A DNA stretch of 64,000 nucleotides, from the NCBI GenBank assembly GCA_964016885.1, contig OZ024765.1, positions 5,580,001 to 5,644,000 on the forward strand, written 5' to 3'. Below, one piece after another: positions 53,446-64,000 of the stretch (position 1 is its first letter; every line of letters begins with the position of its first letter). The position numbers and the translations under genes were made by a program. Below the pieces are notes generated by a model. The model did no database searches. It worked only from the letters and a program-made list of their open reading frames with translations, and was not told the DNA's origin. The DNA is from Eledone cirrhosa (taxonomy: Eukaryota).

Positions 53446-56002
53446 AAGGAGCTGATCATCAGATCAAACCCCCAAAACAATGTTTCCATTGCTGATACTA
53501 TCTGTTGGTCACAACTTCTAGTGGAAGAAAACTGATCATCAGATCAGACCAAGGAAACAATGTTTCCATTGGTCTTTCCATTACTGATACTGTCTGTCAG
53601 TCACAACTCCTGGCAGAAGAAAGGAGCTGATCATCAGATCAGACCAAGGAAACAATGTCTCCATTGGTCTTTCCATTACTGATACTATCTGTTAGTCACA
53701 ACTCCTGTCAGAAGAAAGGAGCTGATCATCAGATCAGACCAAGGAAACAATGTTTCCATTGGTCTTTCCATTACTGATACTGTCTGTCAGTCACAACTCC
53801 TGGCAGAAGAAAGGAGCTGATCATCAGATCAGACCAAGGAAACAATGTCTCCATTGGTCTTTCCATTACTGATACTATCTGTTAGTCACAACTCCTGTCA
53901 GAAGAAAGGAGCTGATCATCAGATCAGACCAAGGAAACAATGTTTCCATTGGTCTTTCCATTACTGATACTATCTGTTAGTCACAACTCCTGGCAGTAGA
54001 AAGGAGCTGATCATCAAATCAGACCAAGGAAACAATATTTCCATTAGTCTTTCCATTGCTGATACTATCTGTCAGTCACAACTCCTGGCAGAAGAAAGGA
54101 GCTGATCATCAGATCAGACCAAGGAAACAATCTTTCCATTGGGCTTTCCATTACTGATACTATCTGTCAGTTACAACTCCTGGCAGAAGAAAGGTGCTGA
54201 TCATCAGATCAGACCAAGGAAACAATATTTCCATTGGTCTTTCCATTACTGATACTATCTGTTAGTCACAACTCCTGGCAGAAGAAAGGTGCTGATCATC
54301 AGATCAGACCAAGGAAACAATATTTCCATTGGTCTTTCCATTACTGATACTATCTGTCAGTCACAACTCCTGGCAGAAGAAAGGAGCTGATCATCAGATC
54401 AGACCAAGGAAACAATCTTTCCATTGGGCTTTCCATTACTGATACTATCTGTCAGTTACAACTCCTGGCAGAAGAAAGGTGCTGATCATCAGATCAGACC
54501 AAGGAAACAATCTTTCCACTAGTCTTTCCATTGCTGATACTATCTGTTAGTCACAACTCCTGGCAGAAGAAAGGTGCTGATCATCAGATCAGATGTTTCC
54601 ATTGCTCTTTCCATTACTGATACTATCTGTTAGTCACAACTCCTGACAGAAGAAAGGAGCTGATCATCAGATCAGACCAAGGAAACAATGTCTCCATTGG
54701 TCTTTCCATTACTGATACTATCTGTCAGTCACAACTGCTGGCAGAAGAAAGGAGCTGATCATCAGATCAGACCAAGGAAACAATGTTTCCATTGGTCTTT
54801 CCATTACTGATACTATCTGTCAGTCACAACTGCTGGCAGAAGAAAGGAGCTGATCATCAGATCAGACCAAGGAAACAATGTTTCCATTGGTCTTTCCATT
54901 ACTGATACTATCTGTCAGTCACAACTCCTGACAGAAGAAAGGAGCTGATCATCAGATCAGATCAAGGAAACAATGTTTCCATTGGTCTTTCCATTACTGA
55001 TACTATCTGTCAGTCACAACTCCTGGCAGTAGAAAGGAGTTGATCATCAGATCAGACCAAGGAAACAATGTTTCCATTGGTCTTTCCATTACTGATACTA
55101 TCTGTCAGTCACAACTCCTGGCAGAAGAAAGGAGTTGATCATCAGATCAGACCAAGGAAACAATATTTCCATTAGTCTTTCCATTACTGATACTATCTGT
55201 CAGTCACAACTGCTGGCAGAAGAAAGGAGCTGATCATCAGATCAGACCAAGGAAACAATATTTCCATTAGTCTTTCCATTACTGATACTGTCTGTTAGTC
55301 ACAACACCTGGCAGAAGAAAGGGGCTGATCATCAGATCAGACCAAGGAAACAATCTTTCCACTAGTCTTTCCATTACTGATACTGTCTGTTAGTCACAAC
55401 TCCTGGCAGAAGAAAGGAGTTGATCATCAGATCAGACCAAGGAAACAATGTCTCCATTGGTCTTTCCATTACTGATACTATCTGTCAGTCACAACTCCTG
55501 ACAGAAGAAAGGAGCTGATCATCAGATCAGATCAAGGAAACAATGTTTCCATTGGTCTTTCCATTACTGATACTATCTGTCAGTCACAACTCCTGGCAGT
55601 AGAAAGGAGTTGATCATCAGATCAGACCAAGGAAACAATGTTTCCATTGGTCTTTCCATTACTGATACTATCTGTCAGTCACAACACCTGGCAGAAGAAA
55701 GGAGTTGATCATCAGATCAGACCAAGGAAACAATATTTCCATTAGTCTTTCCATTACTGATACTATCTGTCAGTCACAACTGCTGGCAGAAGAAAGGAGC
55801 TGATCATCAGATCAGACCAAGGAAACAATATTTCCATTAGTCTTTCCATTACTGATACTGTCTGTTAGTCACAACTCCTGACAGAAGAAAGGAACTGATC
55901 ATCAGATCAGACCAAGGAAACAATCTTTCCACTAGTCTTTCCATTACTGATACTGTCTGTTAGTCACAACTCCTGGCAGAAGAAAGGAGCTGATCATCAG
56001 CT
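53446..56002. repeat. 95-bp satellite, about 27 copies
   Basis: aaggagctga recurs at 53621, 53716, 53811...; solitary related copy at 52646-52720. Confidence 0.96.
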
Positions 56003-57473
56003 CAAGAGGATAGTAAAAGGCTAGATGGCATGACAATCTTCCACTTCCATGAGGTGAGGCTCCTCATCTGTGATGCTACATGTGACACCTTCTCCAACAG
56101 CAACTTGGTGTGTTCAACAACCAGCCCAGGCTTTGCTGCCAGCCAGGCCTAACAGGGTAAACTGTCCAAGTGTTGGCCACTCTCTGGTAGGTTTGTGGTT
56201 GGGCCTGTATGTAGCAGTGGAGACTTCTGCTGTTCTTGGCCTGCCAGACCACATCTCAGCATACCGCTATCGGAGTGGGGTTAGCTGCCCACAAGTGTGA
56301 ACCCCACGAGGTGGAGTGGCTGTTCTAATGTGTTTCCCTTGCTGTCTTCTCTATTCTATCTGCTGGGGCCACGAGGTAGACAAATCCTTAAGCAGTGAGT
56401 AGTAAATATAGATCACACACACATACACCCATTGTAGTGTTAAAACAGTGACTCAATTCAATAGCTTCAACACATACTCTAGAATCTTCAACAGTTGCTA
56501 TTTTAGTAATGAAATGATTAATAACTTTAGTAAATCCCTCAAAATTCTTCATCAGTTATTTTGATATTAACTCAGCCCAAACCACATCTGGTTCTATGAA
56601 ACAATACCACCAATTATAAAGGATTCCTATTCAAATTAAAATAATTTATCATAATTTGATATACAAACCATATGTTAAGTTACTATCTTAGTATTGAAAT
56701 ATTTTATAATTTAAGCAAATCCCTCAAAATTCTTCAGTAACACTTTTGATGTCAAGCTGGCCAAAAGCATCTCTGGTTCTATGAAACAAAACTACCGATT
56801 TTAAAATATTCTTATTCCAATTAAAATCTTCCAACATAATTATATATAAGAACCATATGTTAAATTACTGTCTTAGTAATTAAATATTAAATAATTTTAG
56901 TAAATGCCTCAAAATTCTTCATTAATTAACTAAAATAGAGTGTATTTCACAAGAAACACAGTTATGATATGTTTAAATGGGTATCTTAGTTGTGAAAATA
57001 ATTAGTAACTATAATAAACCCCTCAAAATTCTTAATTTATTACCCACCCACCCCCATACACACACACACCCACACCCACCCACCCACCACCACCACAAAA
57101 AAAAGTACATTTAATGAGGAATGAGGTTAGACTGACACCGGTTTTGTGTCTCCGCCTCCGCCTTCATACACAATTAGTGGGTGTAAATAATTGAGAATTA
57201 TCTCCCTTGAAATTCTCCTTACACCGTTTTCTTTTTTTTTAAATATATATTTGTTGTTTCACATTTGACATACTATTGGTAAGTTGCGACTTATTTCTCC
57301 CCATCTTTCGCTTTCGCTAAGAAATTCCTAGAATTTCACACACAGAACTGTCTCAGACACCACTAATACTTAACTCAAGATATTGATATATATATATATA
57401 TATATATACATATATTAAAGTGTTAAACGATATTCAATGATTATGTCAAAGAATGAGTTTTACAGTAGATAAT

Positions 57474-57530
57474 ATATTTTGTCTGATGAGGACGTACTGT
57501 TGTACATCCGAAATATGTATAATAAAATGT
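57474..57530 (+). ncRNA. type I hammerhead ribozyme motif
   Basis: atattttgt-CTGATGA-ggacgtac(tgtt)gtacatcc-GAAA-T(ATGT)A-TA^ataaaatgt; family shared with 35360. Confidence 0.8.
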
Positions 57531-57681
57531 AATTGATCAAAAGAACATCTATTTTATTAATAGTTATATTTTAATGTATATATATATATAGAGAGAGAGA
57601 GAGAGAAATATTGATTGACTGTCGACCAATATATAAATACTACGTACACATACATATGTCTTTGTGTATATTATATGCCAC

Positions 57682-57734
<53 letters not shown>

Positions 57735-57786
57735 ATATTATTCATAATATATATGTGCGTGTGTGTATATATATATATATATAATG

Positions 57787-58043
57787 AATAATTGGAGAGT
57801 GAAATTGCAGTTTCACGGCAAATGGCATTTTAAAATAACAGTATCATTTTATAACAAGATAAATAAAAAAGAATGAATACAGAGGTGCTTATTTAAACAG
57901 GAATGGAATATTCTTGTTAGTCTAACAAAAGGGTCGTAAATTCAATTACATGTTTTAATTTAAAACCCTTGTCAATCTGTGTGTCCCTTTATATAATTGC
58001 CATATTATTACTGTTAAACTGCAATATCACTCTGCAATTATTG
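57787..58043. mobile_element. MITE-like element with diverged terminal inverted repeats
   Basis: aataattggagagtgaaattgcagtttcac vs reverse complement aataattgcagagtgatattgcagtttaac. Confidence 0.5.
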
Positions 58044-58143
58044 ATAATATACTCTGGTATAAACCTGTAACAGCTGTTAATACTATATATTCGGATTAGG
58101 GAGCCACACGGAGAGCTAAACTAGAATATATATATATACATAT

Positions 58144-58176
<33 letters not shown>

Positions 58177-58277
58177 AGTAGAAGGGATATTTAATTTGTT
58201 GGAAATCCAACAAATATAAATGTTTATAACTGATTCAGAGCACTCGATAGATTTTCTGGAGTAAAAATCAATGATAT

Positions 58278-58335
<58 letters not shown>

Positions 58336-58379
58336 AGATTACTTTCTTTCGGTACTCTGAACTTCGGGATTGTTCGTTG

Positions 58380-58447
<68 letters not shown>

Positions 58448-58914
58448 TCCTTCATACACACATATTTATCTACGTACGTACGTATGTGTGTGTATATATA
58501 TATATATATATGTATATGTGTGTAAGTACGTGTGTATATATATATATATATATAAGCGAAAGTGTAACTGTGTATGTATGTAAATACGTGTGTGTGTGTG
58601 TGTATGTAAGTACGTGTGTGTATGTATATATATATAAGCGAAAGTGTAACTGTGTATGTATGTAAATACGTGTGTGTGTGTATATATATATATAAGCGAA
58701 AGTGTAACTGTGTATGTATGTAAATACGTGTGTGTATGTATATATATATAAGCGAAAGTGTAACTGTACGTGTCATTGATGTGTTGTGCAATACCTTATC
58801 GGTTAAATACCTCTGGTTTATAGCTTCTCTTTCAATATAACTCGGATATATAATTTATGTTTAATCATCTACTGGACATATAGATAATTGAACCCAATAG
58901 TTGTATTTGGATAA

Positions 58915-59300
58915 GCCCCGGGCAGATAGCTAATTGTGTTTAGTTATTCACCGGGCAGATAGCTGATTGTTGTTAGTTATTCATTGGGCATATTGCTGAT
59001 TGTGTTTAGTTATCGACCGGGCATATTGCTGATTTGTGTTTAGTTATTCATCGGGCATATTGCTGATTGTGTTTAGTTATTCATCGGGCAGATAGTTGAT
59101 TGTGTTTAGTTATTCATCGGGCATATTGCTGATTGTGTTTAGTTATTCATCGGGCAGATAGCTGATTGTGTTTAGTTATTCATCGGGCATATTGCTGATT
59201 GTGTTTAGTTATCCACCGGGCAGATAGCTTATTGTGGTTAGTTATCCACCGGGCACATAGGTCATAGTGTTTAGATAGCCACCGGCCACATAACCGATTG
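58915..59300. repeat. 33-bp minisatellite
   Basis: unit tagttattcatcgggcatattgctgattgtgtt, about 11 copies, degenerating towards 59530. Confidence 0.88.
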
Positions 59301-61554
59301 ACCCTAATGTTTAGTTTTAAAACATCTACCGGCCATATAACTATTCGAACTTTATATTTCTGTATCACGGTCTTATAGTTTCTGCTTAAACATATGTCGG
59401 TCATATAGTCAACTGAATTTATTTACATTCAACTATATACGGGGCGTATAGTTAACTGAACCCTAATGTGTAAAGATATCCACCGGGCATATATCTGATT
59501 AACCCTAATGTTGTATTTAGATATGTTTCGGGTATATAACGAATTCAACGTCATATTTATACTGGTATTGGCAGTATCGGTAGAGGGTCGGACGCCATGC
59601 TTTCCAGCATAGTTACGTCCCTTTACAATCTGAGTTCAATTCCCGCCGAGGTTGACTTTGCCTTTCATCCTTACGGGGTCGATAAAATAAAGTACCAGTA
59701 ATGCACTGGGTAATTGCTGGCCTTGTGCCTAAAGTAGAAACAATTATTATCTGCCGGACATGTAGCCAATTGAACTTAATACCTCTCTTTAAATAACTGT
59801 CGGGTGTGTAGTCAGCCTATCAAACAACGGTCCAGGGGGTAAATATCAAACTCGTTGCCATTTAGACCTTCTGTGGCCCCGTTTTTCTCCGTAAAAGCGG
59901 GAGAAGTGCATCGACATCCCCCCTAAGGGTAACCCCAATGAAGTGGTTAGGTGGTTTATGCAGTGAGTGTCGCTGGCTTTATTATTTGGCAATACTTTCG
60001 TCATTTTTTCAGTGGGTCAACCTGAGATATATGTATCTCCAGCCAAAAATAGTTTGCCTCCTCTCCTATCCCTTTCTCTCTCCTATCTCTTTCCCTTTCT
60101 CTCTCCTTGTTTATTTGTTCAAAGAAATAAAAAAAATGTATTCTCTTTAATATCTTATATTTACAGTAATGTCTCCCTCCTCTCTCTATCAGAAACGTTG
60201 TGAGTGGTTCCTCTCTGAACACCCCACACCTATGAACTCCCCATGAAAATGGATGGAAAATCCAAAAATATTTGTGATCATTAAAAATTGCTCAGATAAC
60301 TTTCTATTGTCCTCACTCCTTCATTTCACAGTGTTCTTTTTATTCTATTTTCTCAAAGTCAACCATGCCATTTTTACCAAACGCACATTGTCGGGCTTCC
60401 AAATAACCAAACTTATTTCTAAGCCGTATTTGTATCTCAACATTAATAATATATTTCTTCATTGTACTGTGTCGTTTGCTTTGTTATTTCTATTTGCCTT
60501 TTGCTTCATCATTCATCATCATCATCACCGTTTAGAGTCCATTCTTCCATGCTTGCATTAGTTAGACGGGTCATCCATGCTGGGAGGCAAGTCTGGCTAG
60601 AGTTGGCCACGTCCCACCTTGCTCCAGTGAGGACTGTAAATTTGGTCGGGTATTTTACAGCTGGATGCCCTTCCTAACACCAACCACATTTACAGTGTGG
60701 TACTGGATGGCTCTGTTTATGAGGAGGGACAGGCCAGTTGGCCACACCGGACCTGTCTCACAACAGAACCATAGATTAGGAGCCCAGTACTGGATGGCAC
60801 CAATATGAGGAGCCTAACCCATCTCGCAGCATAGCCACCATTTTGGGGCCCGGTACAGGATGAGGGTCAGGTGCAGAGTCACAGTTTGGAAGCCTGGCGT
60901 AGATGGCACCACTATGCAGAGGGGCCAGTTGGAGCCCAATGCTGGATAGCTCTGGACAATGTAGCCATAGTTTGTGGCCCAGTATCTGAAGGCACAGCAT
61001 GAGGAGGGACAGGCCAGTTGGCCATGCCAAACTCATCTCACAGCGAAACCTTAGTTTTCGGGCCTGGTACTGGAAGCCAGCGCTATGAGGAAGGATAGGT
61101 GCAGAACCACAGTTTGGGGGCCTGGCTCACAGCAGTTTTTGAAGCCCAGCACTGGATGTCACCACTATGGGAAGGGACAGGTCAATTTGGCTGTGCCGAA
61201 CCCTTCTCAAAGCAGCACCCCAGTTTTAGAGCCAGGTACTCTCCATGCAATGAACCCTTCTCAATACGAAACCACATTTTGGGAGCCTAGGACTGGATGC
61301 CATCATTATGAGGGACAGGCCAGTTGGCTGCACCAAACCCATCACACAGACCCCAAGTTCAGGTATTGGAAGCCGCATGACACCACTATGAGAAAGGACA
61401 GACCATTTGGCCACGCTGGACCCTTCTGTCAACGGTGACCTAGTTTCAGGGCTGGGCGCCCTCCATGTGGCGAACTCTTCTCAATTACGATACAAGATCA
61501 CATTTTACAAAGGATTTTGGTCTTGGACAGGTTGACTTTGTGGCAACTTTACAG

Positions 61555-62822
61555 AGAAAGGGCGGTGTTGGTGGGAGTGGGAGGATGGAGTTGGGGTAGT
61601 GGGACGGGGGTGTATTTTGGTTAAGAGGTGCCTACTGACTGTAGGTTTCGCTTTGTACTTAGGCAAGGAGGGTCTTCTGTATTACTGTATGGCGCAAAAG
61701 ATCTCTGTCCAGTGACATCGTCTTAAAGAGGTCCAAGTATGTATGGTCAGAATTTATCAAATCGTCCCAGGTTTTTCTGGGTCTGCCTACTCCGTAACTT
61801 CCATCAATTTTGATCGCTCTGCAATTCTTTATACAGCTGTCGTCTTTCATGCGCATCACGTCACCATACCAACGTAAAAGTAAACATCCCTCTTATTCCT
61901 AATTTCTCACTTAGTTCATTTATGCTTTGTTGTTCACGTATATTACTATTACACATCCAAAGGAGCATGCATGCTTTGTTCCTTTCCAGTCTGCGCAGGT
62001 CCTCTGCACACAATGCCCAGGTCTCACTGCCATGTAACATTGCTGTTCGTATGCAGGCATCATACAATCTGCCTTTCATTTTTAGAAAGAAACCTTTTGT
62101 GGCCAACAGTGGTATAAGCTCTCTGAACTTTTTCCATCCCGTTCTGACTCTGGCTACTGTACTTTCAGAGCACCCTCCACCACTGCTGATTTTGTCACCC
62201 AAGTAAAGGAAAGTGTCCACTATTTCTATAGAACCATCTGGGCAATAGAAGGAGCTAGTATCCTGTGGACACTTGCTACTTATTGCACCTGAGCATCAGC
62301 TACATATAAAATCTACGTTCTTAGATAGTTTACCTGTGATCCCACTACATCTTTTATGTACCCATAGTTTGCATTTGGGACATAAAATGGAATTTCTACC
62401 TACTCCTTTCCTACACACTGAGCATGGCCATTTCCCTGAGGGCACCTGTGCCTTATTTTCCTTTCTACATACTAGAACTTTAGTCTTAGACAAGTTAACT
62501 TTAAGGCCTTTTGATTTTAGGCCATGCTTCAATGTTTGGAATTTCTTCTCTAGTTCAGCCATAGATTCAGCTATGAGAGTTAGATCATCTGCGCATAGAA
62601 GTTCCCCTGGGCAGCCGGTCTTAAACTCCTCTGTTATAGCCTGAAGGGCAATAAATAGGAGGGGGCTAAGGACAGGGCCTTGATGAACACCAACTTTTAC
62701 ACTAAATTCTTCACTATATTCATTGTTAATTCTAACCTTACTGACTGTTTCTTTATACATGGCTTGTATAGCTCTCACAAGCCTTTCATCTACACCTAGT
62801 TTTCTAAGAGCCCACCATAAAA
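61555..62822 (-). mobile_element. RTE LINE fragment, RT with internal Cys/His finger
   Basis: VGVHQGPVLSPLLF, LLCADDLTL, CSVC...CPKC...HKRC...CSxC, FLYLGD, MLHGSETW; disrupted. Confidence 0.9.
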
Positions 62823-63054
62823 TGGAGCGGGGGGACTATATATATATATATATATTCAAATGGCAAAGAAATAACAAAGCAAACAACGCACTACCAGGAA
62901 GAAATATATTAGTTTTATGTTTGATATAGTAGGGAAATAGTCTTAATGATTCAGACACTAGTCCTTCATCAGAAAATTAAAGGAGAAATAGAAAGATTGA
63001 GGAGACGTGCAGTGGCAGAAATGAAAAATAAATTTTTTAATGAAAAAAAACAAT

Positions 63055-63793
63055 ACATCATCATCATCACCGTTTTACGTCCGTTCTTCCATGCTAGCAT
63101 GGGTTAGACGGGTTGTCCTGTTGTGGGCAGTGTCTGGTCGGCTGACCTTGTCTTGCTCATACAGGAACTGATTTTGGCTTGATTTCTACAGCTGGATGCC
63201 CTTCCTAACACCAACCTCATTTACAGTGAGTGCTGGGTGCTTTTTTTCCGTGGCGCCTACACGTCCACTTTACAGTGGGAGGGTGTGGGGGCATATTGTC
63301 TATATGCTTCAGCTTGTACCCATGGGAGGTCAGGTACTCTGTATTACTGCGTGACGTCAGAGGTCACGGTCGTGTGTCATCGCCTTTGAGAGGTGCAACT
63401 GGGTAAGGTCGGCCCCTATCACCTCATCCCAGGTCTTCTTGGGTCTCCCCACTCCGCGGCTTCCATTGACTTCTAGTGCCCTGCACCTTTTTATGCAGCT
63501 GTCATCCTTCATACGCATCACATGTCCATACCAACGCAACTGCCTCTCCTGCACACAACATTTGATTCCTCTGATGCTCAGTCTCTCTCTCAATTCATTT
63601 ATGCTTTGCTGTTAGCGTATATTACTATTACACATCCATTGGAGCATGCAGGTTTCGTTTCTTTCTAATCTACGTAAGTCTTCCACCTTCAGCGCCCAGG
63701 TCTCACTACCATGTAACATTGCTGTTCGGATACACGCATCATACAGTCTGCCTTTCATTTTGAGGGAGAAGCCTTTTGCAGCTAGCAGTGGCA
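63055..63793 (-). mobile_element. 5'-truncated RTE LINE, same family as 23457-24332
   Basis: near-identical ORF remnant and 3' UTR. Confidence 0.87.
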
Positions 63794-64000
63794 TATATAT
63801 ATATATATATGTATAATATATAATGAAAATGATTGTGTACAGTGCTCAGGTGCACTACAACTCATCAAACATACATGTATAGTACATAGAATAATGTATA
63901 TAAAATAAATGACTGGGTATTCATTTTGGATTATTTTTCAACTCCCTCCCTTATTTTTTATTTTAGATGAAAATTGTTGTACAGTGAAATTCCGTTATAA

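Noticed and set aside
53446-56002. Tandem retrozyme interpretation (minus strand has CTGATGA and GAAA followed by a hairpin)
   Set aside because: Helix II does not close next to GAAA and the would-be cleavage triplet ends in G (CUG), which hammerheads do not cleave
60193-60199. 7-nt microexon (pyrimidine tract-AG|AAACGTT|GTGAGT)
   Set aside because: Not frame-preserving and no linked exons identified; cannot be supported without RNA data
62935-62985. Minus-strand CTGATGA-aggac/gtct-GAAT hammerhead candidate
   Set aside because: GAAA and the cleavage triplet are both mutated and helix I is absent; at best a dead relic

Overview
Eukaryotic, very repeat-rich genomic DNA. The SINE/LINE repertoire and microsatellite load point to an octopod cephalopod (inference). 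The only host gene I can support is the 3' part of SUPT3H (Spt3, SAGA subunit) on the + strand. It has six GT-AG coding exons in consistent phase (30778-30839, 43865-43940, 45336-45457, 46660-46959, 49436-49549, 51558-51605) and an AATAAA at 52094. Its upstream exons were not found, so 1-30777 is probably one very long intron. The rest is RTE-clade LINE fragments, tRNA-derived SINEs, a deleted DD37D Tc1/mariner, piggyBac-type MITEs, Helitron-like elements and many micro/minisatellites. Nearly all long ORFs in the track are repeat artefacts. The most notable signal is a set of short non-coding elements embedded in (TA)n tracts that carry minimal type I hammerhead ribozymes (CUGANGA...GAAA, 1-2 bp helix III, often with a palindromic loop). 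There are about 7 intact or near-intact cores plus degenerate ones, often arranged as fold-back palindromes, several lying sense inside SUPT3H introns. These resemble Penelope-like pseudo-LTR/retrozyme remnants. All RNA structures were folded by eye and no database search was possible.
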